Shown here piece after piece: positions 39,469 to 49,800 of a stretch of DNA of 64,000 bases. The notes under the pieces were generated by a model, which was given only the letters and a program-made list of their open reading frames with translations, did not search any database and was not told the DNA's origin. Position 1 is the first letter of the stretch; each line of letters starts with the position of its first letter. Position numbers and translations under genes: made by a program. This DNA comes from Sedimentisphaeraceae bacterium JB056. Its GTDB lineage: Bacteria > Planctomycetota > Phycisphaerae > Sedimentisphaerales > Sedimentisphaeraceae. The stretch lies in contig JBITAJ010000024.1 of the NCBI GenBank assembly GCA_044440125.1, positions 1 to 64,000 of the forward strand. Direction: 5' to 3'.

Positions 39469-40629
39469 ATGAAAAAAGTTGCAATATTAGTCCCTACCTC
39501 AAGAGCTTTTGGACGAGGAATAATTAAGGGAGTAACTAATTACGCCAGAATTAACAAAGATTGGCGATTATTCACGATTCTGCCAGATTATTGTAGCATC
39601 AGCAATATACACGTAAAAGATTTCATAGAAAAATGGGAACCAGACGGCATAATCGCAAGAATACCCTTCATTGATTATGATTGCGCATTAGACTTAAAAA
39701 TACCTATGGTAGTAACCCACATTTACTCTCCTGTTGAAAATGAACTTAACATAATTCCGGACTGTGAAACACCTTCAAGAATGGCAGCTGAATATTTTAT
39801 CAGTAAGGGATTTAAGAATTTTGCTTTTTGCGGTTTCCATCTGAACTGGGATTTATCTCGTGCTCATTTCTTCAGGTATTATCTGCAATGTGCCGGATTT
39901 GATACAGAAATATACCAAACTCCTATTGAAGATATGCACAATGCCTGGGAAAGAGAACAACCTCATTTAGCGGTATGGCTTCAAAAGCTACCCAAACCAG
40001 TCGCAATTTACACTACCAATGATGACAGAGCAAGACATGTCTTAGAAGCGTGTCATATGGCTAATTTACGGGTTCCTGAAGAAGTATCAGTACTTGGATC
40101 AGACAATGATCAATTGGTTTGCGACATCTCAGAGCCAACTCTTTCAAGTATATCATACAACTTTGAAAGAGCCGGTTACGATGCCGCAGAATCATTAAAT
40201 CTGTTAATGGAAGGTTATAAAGGCAAACTTAAAGATATAGAGATAAGCCCTCTGAAAATCCACACACGTCAATCAACAGGATTTATTGCGATTGATGATG
40301 ATGAAATTTCCGATACCCTCAAGTTTATAAAAGATAACGAAACAAAAAATATAACTGCTCAGGATGTCATAGACAATTCGACATTATCACGCCGCTCGCT
40401 CGAAATCAGATTCAAAAAAGCAACAGGGAGAACTATATCCGAACATATAAGAAAACTAAAGCTTCTTTACGTATGCGATCTTCTAATCAACACACATCTT
40501 ACAGTCTTAGAAATCTCATACAAAGCCGGCTTTCCAAATGCCAAACGACTACACGAAGTTTTCATGAAAACTTATAAAACCACCCCGCTTGACTACAGAA
40601 AAACAAAAGGCAAGGTATTTGTCAACTAA
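39469..40629 (+). CDS. XylR-type transcriptional regulator (LacI-like sensor + AraC HTH)
   Basis: DGIIAR, GFKNFAFCG, LPKPVAI..ND..A, VPEEVSVLG.DND, LSRRSLEIRFK, ISYKAGF, TPLDYR. Confidence 0.92.
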   Translation: MKKVAILVPTSRAFGRGIIKGVTNYARINKDWRLFTILPDYCSISNIHVKDFIEKWEPDGIIARIPFIDYDCALDLKIPMVVTHIYSPVENELNIIPDCETPSRMAAEYFISKGFKNFAFCGFHLNWDLSRAHFFRYYLQCAGFDTEIYQTPIEDMHNAWEREQPHLAVWLQKLPKPVAIYTTNDDRARHVLEACHMANLRVPEEVSVLGSDNDQLVCDISEPTLSSISYNFERAGYDAAESLNLLMEGYKGKLKDIEISPLKIHTRQSTGFIAIDDDEISDTLKFIKDNETKNITAQDVIDNSTLSRRSLEIRFKKATGRTISEHIRKLKLLYVCDLLINTHLTVLEISYKAGFPNAKRLHEVFMKTYKTTPLDYRKTKGKVFVN

Positions 40630-40648
40630 GTTGAATAACTTTGATAAA

Positions 40649-41437
40649 TTATCTTCTCGGTGAAGTGCTTCCACTTTCACGCGGTACTTCAACATCACTC
40701 TGCTTATCAAAACCTCTATGCCAAGGTAAACTCCAAAGCTTAGAAAGTGCCACTGCTTCAGCATGTCCATCACCAAACACAAGATTAATTTTCATCTGAT
40801 GTCTGTCAATTGTAAAACGCTGTGCCTGATTATCCCAATCCTGCTCATCGCCTGTTAATAACTCTTCCTCTGTAGGAGCAATATCAGTATCTCTAAACCA
40901 GCCATTTTCCCAAATAGCATCAGCAAAGAGAGGTACATCATTGGTAACCATGGTGAAATTTTTATATTCTTTTGCAGAATCAACATACTGGCTGCTGTAA
41001 AAATCGGAATAAACAATCCACCCATTAATGCCGTAGCTACCTATTTCATTTAATCCAGTATGTGTTTTGTATGCGTAATATGCCTGCCCGGTTTGAGCTG
41101 GAGCTGGATCTCCGTCTATCCTTAATTTACTTGCAGACGGACAACTCCAGACATCAGACTTTTCTTTGGCCTGATCTGTACCTAAATAAGTTGCAAGCAA
41201 GCCATATATATGACCAGACTCAGCATCACTAACAGAAACTTCAATACGCTTATTTTGGTAATCTGTTTCATACATCACAAGCGATGTGCCAATTTGTTTA
41301 AGGTTTGTCAAACATGTAACTGCTTTGGCCTGCTTTCTGACCTTTCCAAGTGCCGGCATCATAATCGACATCAATACCGCAATTATAGATATAACCACAA
41401 GCAGCTCTATAAGTGTGAATGCTTTTCTCTTTTCCAT
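40649..41437 (-). CDS. Prepilin-type N-terminal cleavage/methylation domain protein (H-X9-DG)
   Basis: KRKAFTLIELLVVISIIAVLMSIMMPAL; CLTNLKQIG; CPSA; SYGIN; RHQMKINLVFGDGH. Start ATG 41437 follows an AAGGA RBS. Confidence 0.9.
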   Translation of the reverse strand: MEKRKAFTLIELLVVISIIAVLMSIMMPALGKVRKQAKAVTCLTNLKQIGTSLVMYETDYQNKRIEVSVSDAESGHIYGLLATYLGTDQAKEKSDVWSCPSASKLRIDGDPAPAQTGQAYYAYKTHTGLNEIGSYGINGWIVYSDFYSSQYVDSAKEYKNFTMVTNDVPLFADAIWENGWFRDTDIAPTEEELLTGDEQDWDNQAQRFTIDRHQMKINLVFGDGHAEAVALSKLWSLPWHRGFDKQSDVEVPRESGSTSPRR

Positions 41438-41500
41438 TTTACAGTTCCTTTTATCTTTCAATAATTTACTATCCAAAAAGCAGAAGTATCTTTTAAGAAT

Positions 41501-41534
41501 AGTCAGCGAACCGAGGTAAATCGATCCGCCAACT
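41501..41534 (-). terminator. Strand-specific stem-loop between the dockerin-like protein gene and the prepilin gene
   Basis: On the minus-strand RNA, AGUUGGCGGAUCGA / UCGGUUCGCUGACU pairs over all 14 bp using 4 G-U wobbles; loop UUUACC. Confidence 0.65.
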
Positions 41535-41546
41535 TTAATATAGTCA

Positions 41547-43658
41547 TTATTCGCACGAAATGCAAGTCATCATTGCAATATCAGGATCATCCAGATATTC
41601 CTCTGCGAATTCAATGTAATCATTGAAATCTACCTGACAATCTCCATTATAGTCAGATCTCGCTTGATTGCCTGTCAAAGTACATTCAACAAGTGAAATA
41701 TTATCAATATCAATAGTACCGATTCCCTGATCACCTTCATCACCACCATTAGATACAATTGAAAGCTCAAAACCAACTACATTAGTCAAATCATTTCGAC
41801 TACCGTCATTAAGGTCTTTGTTTAAGTTAATCAACCTCGTAACCCAAACACCAGGCTGATCGCTCGTTTCGTGATCAAGTATCCTTCCATATGCTGATTC
41901 TGTATTCATGTCACCAACATAGAATTTCACATAGAACCACATTTCATCGCTGTTTCCTGCCTGATTACGAATATCAAAAGTCATGAAATCATAAATAGAA
42001 TTAGCAATATCAACAGGTGCATCAAATTCATACTGCGTTTTATAGTAAGTTGTTGAGCCTGAAGAAGTTATATCGTAGTTAAATCGAAGTCCCTGAGTGC
42101 CGTCTTTACCGTCATTGGTGAGAAGAACCAAATCGTTACCACTCTGGTTTGTACCGGCATAAGCATAGTCAGACCAATCAGAATCCAATGCCGCCTGATC
42201 TGCGTAAGATTCAAAATCATCCAATACATTTACAGCTCCATCAAAACCACTGGCAAGCCATGTCATAGCATAATCAGAAAGATCATCAGAATTAACAACA
42301 CCACCATTATCATAGTCAAAAACTTGAGGATTAGCTACTGTAAGCTCTTTATCCATCAGCTTAAAATCACCAATCTGAGCTTGTGCGCCATCATCCTGAA
42401 TAGCAAGAATATCAAGCGTATAAATATTATATGAAGCGACATTTTCAACTGGAATACAGAAAGATTTCAACTCATCTACTGATGACCATGTCTGGCCAAT
42501 ATGGTGGTCAAGCTCATCGTAATTAGTACCATCGTTACTGCCGTAAAGAATCCATTCGCTTGGTGCCCTGCCTGCGGCTCCCCAACCAGGACTCATCTGG
42601 TATGATGTTATCGCATACTGATAATCATATGGGAATTGATACTCAATCCATTCATATGAAGAACCGTTTGTAAAACCATTTACAGAAGACCATAAAGTAC
42701 CAGTAATATTACTGTCATAAAGACCTGGAACGCCATTCCATGCAGTACTGCTCGAATCGTAAAGAATACCACTGACAGTTCTTATCATCTTCTGACTGCC
42801 TGTGGTGAAAGTCCAGAGATCGCTAACATCTGTAGAACCGCCATTATTAGCAACGACTCTCCAGTAGTATTCTGTACATTCTAACAACTCATCCATGGTA
42901 TCACCAGGAACACTTGGTTCGGTAATATCATCAGCTACAAGAGCTACAGGATTCAAAACAGTAGTATTAACGTCATTAGCATCAGCACTTAGGTAAACAT
43001 CATAAGAATCTGCCACACCGCTATACTCCCAGCTCAATTCAGGACTTAAAGAAATCAAATCACCCTTAGGACTGTGATCTCCGTATCCAAGAAGTGCACC
43101 CTCAAAACGAACCTCCGATAAACCGGAGACACTGCCGCCGTGGTTTGTTTTAATAGCAAACTTGACCAGTTTTACACCACTTGCCGCAAAACTTACATAC
43201 TGTGCAGCTTCATCAGCAGAAGCACTGGCTTGATTAATAGTGTATGTCGTTCCAATCTGGGTCCATACAGCTGTTGCAGAATCAGAATCAGCAGACACCC
43301 AAATCTCAAAATCCTTAACGCCGCGGTTCGTATACTGAGGATCAGAACCCCAGAGCAGGTTGTAGTTCCAGATATAGGTTCCTGTAAGGTCATAGCTTCC
43401 GCCAAGAATAAAAACTGCATTTGTAACTACGAATTCATTTTCCCACATCGCATTTCCATCGGTGTTACAAGTTCTATCCTGAACCGGCTCACCCGCAGGA
43501 TCTGCTATCAGACCTGAACCATCAATCATTTGAGACGGAGGTCTCCAATTATTAGAACCCGGTGTTGTCGCGTCAGTAGGTGCAAACACTTCAGCATTTG
43601 CTACACAACAAACTCCTGCCAGCAGTAAAATTATTATATTCAACTTTAATAGCCTCAT
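41547..43658 (-). CDS. Secreted multidomain protein (discoidin/CBM-like, FN3-like, two separated dockerin-like motifs)
   Basis: Signal peptide from MRLLK (ATG 43658); IWNYN..RGVK..GLSEVRF domain; LSW..YDVYL..YYWRV..WTFTT; DYDNGGVVNSDDL..WL and SDYNGDCQVDFND. Confidence 0.75.
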   Translation of the reverse strand: MRLLKLNIIILLLAGVCCVANAEVFAPTDATTPGSNNWRPPSQMIDGSGLIADPAGEPVQDRTCNTDGNAMWENEFVVTNAVFILGGSYDLTGTYIWNYNLLWGSDPQYTNRGVKDFEIWVSADSDSATAVWTQIGTTYTINQASASADEAAQYVSFAASGVKLVKFAIKTNHGGSVSGLSEVRFEGALLGYGDHSPKGDLISLSPELSWEYSGVADSYDVYLSADANDVNTTVLNPVALVADDITEPSVPGDTMDELLECTEYYWRVVANNGGSTDVSDLWTFTTGSQKMIRTVSGILYDSSSTAWNGVPGLYDSNITGTLWSSVNGFTNGSSYEWIEYQFPYDYQYAITSYQMSPGWGAAGRAPSEWILYGSNDGTNYDELDHHIGQTWSSVDELKSFCIPVENVASYNIYTLDILAIQDDGAQAQIGDFKLMDKELTVANPQVFDYDNGGVVNSDDLSDYAMTWLASGFDGAVNVLDDFESYADQAALDSDWSDYAYAGTNQSGNDLVLLTNDGKDGTQGLRFNYDITSSGSTTYYKTQYEFDAPVDIANSIYDFMTFDIRNQAGNSDEMWFYVKFYVGDMNTESAYGRILDHETSDQPGVWVTRLINLNKDLNDGSRNDLTNVVGFELSIVSNGGDEGDQGIGTIDIDNISLVECTLTGNQARSDYNGDCQVDFNDYIEFAEEYLDDPDIAMMTCISCE

Positions 43659-43768
43659 AATCAAATTTCTCCAATTAAAAAGAAATACAAATTTACAAAA
43701 GAACGATTCTTTTGCCTTAAATAACATCTATATCATATCCATGGATAAGAACTATATCTTATTAGTAC

Positions 43769-43834
43769 ATTTTATACTTTACGACCAAATAGAACAATCC
43801 GATTTAACGTATTTACTATCCTATTTTGCGCAAA
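43769..43834 (-). promoter_or_regulatory. Activator-dependent promoter with tandem AraC-type sites
   Basis: Minus strand GCGCAAAATAGGATAGT and ACGTTAAATCGGATTGT, 21 bp apart; the second overlaps -35 TTGTTC-17 nt-TAAAAT. Same layout at 60440-60505. Confidence 0.75.
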
Positions 43835-43915
43835 AACAATTATAATAGAACCAATACTGTCATCTCAAACAAAAAACATAAAGCCTTATTTCAAAGCATT
43901 TTAAAGATTAATATT

Positions 43916-46720
43916 TCAATTAGGTGGTTGACTGCACTGCCCCTCTCCCCACTTGGAAGGAGTTTCACCCATATTCAAAATCAACTTTCCACCATTATAT
44001 ATTTCATCTGCGAATATCCACGCCTTGCTGATTGGCTTACCATTTAATGTCGCATCCTGGACGTAATACATGCTTTCAGAATCAATCAAATTCCTGCATT
44101 CAATCTCAAATTTTCTGCCGCGTCCAAATTTCCCATCCAGATTAATAATAATCTTATCAAAAACCGGACTTCCTATAAGGAAATACGGTTCTGTGCTGCA
44201 TAACCCCGAAGGTGAAAACAGCCCTATAGCAGAGAGTACTCCAACACCGCCAAGCTGTCCTTCATCATTATCACATATCATCCCGCCGTAAGGATTTACC
44301 TTTCCAAAAAACTTATCCCACACAACCCTGTTCCATTTCATTGAAAGTGAAGGTTTCCCTCCATGATGCCCTAACCATGCAAATTGGCCGCACGGCTGGT
44401 TTCCAATATTAACGGTTGATGCCCTTTTTTGTTCCTCATCCAATTCGCCCATGTAATCAACAGAAAAAATACCTTTTTCGGCTTGGCTCATCCACTTATC
44501 CCACTGCCCCAAATAGTCATCCTTTCCGTACAGAGCCGCTAAAGCACCAAGGTCATGAGGTACAAAATAGGCATACTGAAAGGAATTACCCTCGCGAGTT
44601 CCCTGATCCTTATACGGATCAAAATCATGCGACCATAAACCGTCATTCTTTCTACTTCTTAGAAAATCACCTTGCTCATCAGAATAGTACAAAGATTTAT
44701 ACGCGTCAGCATACTCAATATGCTCTTGATATAAGTCTTTTCTCTCTAACTTTTTAGCCAACTGAGCCGTGCACCAGTGGTTATATTCATATTCAACCGT
44801 TAAAGTCATATAATTTTCATAATTTTTGTTCCTATTCCATTTTTCTATATTATGAATCCCGCGATACAGCCCCGGTGCAAATTCGTTTCCATTTTCAGTC
44901 ATAGTTTTATGCATACCCGCCATTGCTGAATCAAGATCAAGCCCATCAATCCCATTCATTGCCGCTGCCGCAACAAGAGGAATACTGTGAGCACCCTCCA
45001 TCATAAAGGAAGCTTCATTAAAAATCATAGCTTTATTGAAAAAACCGGTATCTTCATAATTATCGATACAAAAAGCTGCCCAATGCTGCATCCACTCAGG
45101 ATATGCCAGCAAAAGGACCTGATTCCAATTCCAGTAAGAATGCCACAATGCATCTGTCTGAAAATGGTGATAATCGCTATGTTTTTTCTCCCCCTGATAG
45201 CAATATTCGCCATCAGCATCAGAGACAATCGGTCTGCCAATTAAAATTTCCCATAAAAGATTGTAAAACTTCCTTCTATCCTCCAATGAACCGCCCTCAA
45301 CCTCAATTTGACCTAACGCATCATTCCAGGTTTCTGTTGCCTTTGTATGTATTTGATCAAACGTAAAATCCCAGCCGGGAAGGTCATGATGCATATTTTC
45401 CCAGGCATCATCAATACTATTGTATGAAACAGCCATTTTGACTAAAATCTGCTGGTTCGGCTTAGTATCATAAGTCATCCAGCCTCCAACATTTGGAGCT
45501 TGCTGTTTTTTAATCCCTGAACAAAGCTTATGTTGCTCATCCCATGTCCCCAAGCTTACTTCATCGGTATCAACTTCAGCACAGAAATATATCTTATTTT
45601 TTATTTTCTGCCCCCATGCAGGCTCTACTTCAGCCCACCCCTCAATCTGATTGGTATCAGGTTTAAGTTCAATAAAGGCATCATGGACTTTTTGGGTTTC
45701 AGCAATCCGTTCACCCGCATCAAAATAAATATTAAAATCTGATCGAGCCTGCTCAGAAGTGAATTGTAAAAGAGAGCAATATGTCGTGCCGGTACCTTCC
45801 CAACGCGTATTCAGCCTATCAAGATGGACATCCCAATAACCCGGATCAAACACTTCTGTCTGCTTATCAATATGACCGCCATAATGTATCGGGTTGACCT
45901 TTCCAGGCGTTGCACTCAAGCGAAAAGCACCTAAACAATAATCGTAAAGACATCGTATCCCTGCCAATGAATCACTTCCATACCAATAAGAACCTCCCCC
46001 TGTGTCGGGAGAAGAGTGTATCATTGCATAGGGATCGCCTGCTCCGGGTTTTGACTCAAATACCCTGATATAATAACCTGTATGATAAGTTGGGTCAACC
46101 AACTGAACCGGCGTTATAGGGTAATCCTCCCATTGCCGGTCAGCAACTTCATTTGTATTTACGACTAATTTCAAACAATCCCATTCAACAAAAGTCGATG
46201 AAAGCGGAGTCAAGATTATCTTATTTTCGCCTTGCTTAATATAGTCAACCGGAAATCGAACATATTTTGTATCGCAATCCATCCAGTAACGCTTACGATA
46301 ACCATTAACATCAACAAACATCAACATTGGAGATTCACTGTTTCTGTCAACAAAATCTAAAACCAGTTCACATACAGAACCGGCATAATTATCCTGACCG
46401 TCAAATAACAATTTCAACTCATGAACATAGCGAACTTCTTTATTAACCATATGCCCTGCCCATTTATCCTCCGGCCCGGGAAGATACGCAGGAAAACTAT
46501 TCTTTTGTTCATCTCTCATGATATCAAATGAGATATTTCCCGGATAATAATCCGTAAACAGCTCCTTATCGGCGTAAAGATGAAACTCTTCTGAGCTGTT
46601 ATCATCCAAGCCTATTTGCCAGATTTTTTCAATTTGACCTGAAAAACAAGGGACATCTACAATAACAATCAATGCACAAATTAACAAAATCAAATTTCTT
46701 TTTCTAAATTTTGAATACAT
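43916..46720 (-). CDS. GH92-family glycoside hydrolase (alpha-mannosidase-like), divergent, with N-terminal accessory domain
   Basis: PGYWDVHL, WNDALGQIEVEGG, REGNSFQYAYFVPHD, GNQP, DNDEGQ, IGSPVFDK, GGKLILNMG. Start ATG 46720; signal peptide. Confidence 0.85.
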   Translation of the reverse strand: MYSKFRKRNLILLICALIVIVDVPCFSGQIEKIWQIGLDDNSSEEFHLYADKELFTDYYPGNISFDIMRDEQKNSFPAYLPGPEDKWAGHMVNKEVRYVHELKLLFDGQDNYAGSVCELVLDFVDRNSESPMLMFVDVNGYRKRYWMDCDTKYVRFPVDYIKQGENKIILTPLSSTFVEWDCLKLVVNTNEVADRQWEDYPITPVQLVDPTYHTGYYIRVFESKPGAGDPYAMIHSSPDTGGGSYWYGSDSLAGIRCLYDYCLGAFRLSATPGKVNPIHYGGHIDKQTEVFDPGYWDVHLDRLNTRWEGTGTTYCSLLQFTSEQARSDFNIYFDAGERIAETQKVHDAFIELKPDTNQIEGWAEVEPAWGQKIKNKIYFCAEVDTDEVSLGTWDEQHKLCSGIKKQQAPNVGGWMTYDTKPNQQILVKMAVSYNSIDDAWENMHHDLPGWDFTFDQIHTKATETWNDALGQIEVEGGSLEDRRKFYNLLWEILIGRPIVSDADGEYCYQGEKKHSDYHHFQTDALWHSYWNWNQVLLLAYPEWMQHWAAFCIDNYEDTGFFNKAMIFNEASFMMEGAHSIPLVAAAAMNGIDGLDLDSAMAGMHKTMTENGNEFAPGLYRGIHNIEKWNRNKNYENYMTLTVEYEYNHWCTAQLAKKLERKDLYQEHIEYADAYKSLYYSDEQGDFLRSRKNDGLWSHDFDPYKDQGTREGNSFQYAYFVPHDLGALAALYGKDDYLGQWDKWMSQAEKGIFSVDYMGELDEEQKRASTVNIGNQPCGQFAWLGHHGGKPSLSMKWNRVVWDKFFGKVNPYGGMICDNDEGQLGGVGVLSAIGLFSPSGLCSTEPYFLIGSPVFDKIIINLDGKFGRGRKFEIECRNLIDSESMYYVQDATLNGKPISKAWIFADEIYNGGKLILNMGETPSKWGEGQCSQPPN

Positions 46721-46753
46721 ACTAATCCTTTCCTGCAATATGAAAGTCATAAC

Positions 46754-46788
46754 AAATGGGTCATATAAATAAATTACATGACCCATTT
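46754..46788 (-). terminator. Intergenic stem-loop
   Basis: AAATGGGTCAT / ATGACCCATTT 11-bp stem, extendable by wobble pairs on the minus strand. Confidence 0.6.
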
Positions 46789-46858
46789 ATTTGATTAAAC
46801 ATTAATGTCAATATTTATCAAAACAAAAGATTCTGATAAACAGCATGAACACTTACAG

Positions 46859-49800
46859 TCATTTTAATTCCTTATAGTCAAGCTCTTGATTATCCTCTAA
46901 GATAAATTTAAGCTCGTATATTCTAACTATGCCATCCTGCTCTCTATTTGCCGAATAAGGTAAAGTTTCTTTCGGGAAATAAAGTTTCACCGCATCAGTC
47001 TCTACTATATCATCAAAATAAACCAGGAAATTATTCTTCTTACCTTCAACTGCATCTTCCTCTTTTACATTAGAAGTTAAAACCCAATCAGAATCTTGTC
47101 TTGTATATACCTTAAAATCATCAGTTGTAGCAATTACTTCTCTATCATCACCAATAATATGCAACCCTTTCAGCTTACAACTCTTTGGCAGCAATACCGT
47201 AAACCAAATATTCCTGGCATTCTCTTTAGCCTGTCCTCCATATGGAGAAGAAACCCACGAAGAACCCGGCCCCATTGCTCCATCAACCGCTTTATCTGCG
47301 GAATATTCGCGAGCATAATCTGATTGCGAGAATACTTTGTTAAGTATGAAATGTTTTGACACAATACAAACAGGGTCATCTGAACCGGCTTCAAACGCCG
47401 CCGCACGAACACTCGTACTTTTTTCTATCGCAAATATATCATCATAGCCAATAGATTCAGGTGTAGGTTTACTTCCATCAAGAGTATAATATATTTCACA
47501 ATCACCGCCAAACCACTGAAGCCCAATATTCGCTTTCGCTGATAACGAATCAATATCTTTGCTTATATCTGATTCAATCACAAGCTGAGGTACTGCCATT
47601 TCGATCTCAACGGAGTCTGAAAACTCGCCTTTTATCCCAAGATTATCTACCGCGCAAACTTTGTAATAATATACAGTATTAGCCTCAGCTGTTTTATCCT
47701 CAAACATTTGTCTGTTCAATTCTTTTCTGTTATAAGCAAACTTACCGTAATACTTTTCAAATCCATTTTCAGCATCAATTACACCGATTTTATTTGAGTT
47801 GGAAGGTAAAAAGTCAGCAGTAAGACCGCGATAGATTTCATATTCACAAACATCAGGCTCACAATTAGTATAAAACCATAGATTAATATACTGCTGCGGT
47901 CCGTTAGGAGAAACATATACTGCATACAAGCCCGCAACCTTCAACGGTTTCTCGTTAGCTTGTGATGATTTAAGTGTTCTACAGCCAATCACTTTTGATG
48001 GTTTACTCTCATTATTATATTTATCAACGGCACATACCTTATAATAGTACTGCGTATCAGGAAGAAGAACATTACTTGCCCAACCGGCAAAGTTCAGCTC
48101 TGGAATATCACTGAACCGCGTACCTTCAGCAATCCCAATAAATGAAAGACTATTAACAGTAAAATCATCACTTAACCCACGATACACAGCATAATGGCTT
48201 ATCGTATCGTCTTTGCCAGCAGACCACTGGAGATCTATCCTCATATCTGTTTGAGCTTTTGCTGCAACATTTTTAACAGATTTAATCTTCGGCTCTGTTG
48301 TTATACGTACAGTCCTTAAGCCACTGCCTTTAATATCAAACTCAAATGAATTATCCGATGTGATTTTTATTGGTGAAAGATCATTTTCTATCAGTGTTGT
48401 CGCAATAGCATTATTTATCTTATCGACAAAAGAAGCTGTAACATTTACGGTTGTATCCTTACCGGAAAGCTCAAAGAAGCGTAAAATATAACCACTGCCG
48501 TTAGACTCAGCGGGCTTTACTGTCGTACAAATAACATTATCAACATCAACATCAACAAAAGAATGGGACTTTCCATTCAATCTGCCATTCAAATTCTTAT
48601 CTGCTTTAACTGCAATCAATGGATTTGTTGTATCCCAGCCGAATTTGTATGCCTTACCCTGCTGCCAATTACCATCATGCCCTCTCAATGACCACCTGAA
48701 TCTCTTCTCGCCAGGCTGATCTATTCTTATATTTGTGAAAAACATATTATTCATCAGGTACAAGAACATATTGCTGCTTTTAGGTTTTTGCATTATTGAT
48801 TCGTGATCAACGTTCCAGTCCCAGGTAGCACATCTTGGATATCCATAAATAATATCAGGACATTCTTTCGTACTGAGTGTTACACCATAATCAGAATTTG
48901 AAACATCAGAGAAATGCTGAATGGCATAGAAAGATGTCTCAGAACCATTGAACTGATTTGCTGCCGGTTGCACAACCGCCCCGCTCAGCTCATGATTAAA
49001 CTCATAATCATTCACCTTCAGCGGTATCGCGCAATAAACGGCTTCTTTTAATAAACGTTGATATGATTTCAATTCATTACCATTAGAAAGCTTTTCAAGC
49101 TGCATATCGAAATCGATACGTTGGATATCTTTATACAAGTAGATTACCAATTTAAGATAATTCGTATCGCAAGTATCCTGAGTAATATGTATCTCATCAA
49201 CAACATCACCCTTATAGTATGATATGTCCTCAAAAATTGCTCTGTTAAGCTTACGGGCAGTATGATTATAATACAAATACTCACCCAGAAAATACGGCGA
49301 CTCAAGGTCAAGTATCTCTTTATTGATGGTTTTATCAAAAATACTCGAAATTACATTCCTTTGTTTATCAATTTTTATACGGTAATAATCATTTTCGCAT
49401 ACAGTATCCAGAGAAGATACACTTTCATTTATTGATGAAACTTCATTATTGAGCGTAAATGTCTTATAGCCGAGAGAAGGAACATTTTCTGCAACAAAGA
49501 CAAGCTTTCCGCTTACAAGCTTCTGAGTCTTTACAGCACTACCTGTAACATTATCAATCAGAGAAACATTATCATCAAGCTCATCAACCAGCACAACATC
49601 AGTACGCTGCCAGTTTAACTGGTTATAAACAACTAAAGAATCGCTTTTCGTTTTTATCTGACCAGAAATATCCTCAACTGAATTACTTAGAGCTCTGTTA
49701 CAAAACTCACCGGCTTCACTAACCAGCTTAGAATGCATAACCCTTTCAGTTTCATAATAGGATGGTCTGCCGCAATCAATTGCACCATTTGTATGTTCAT

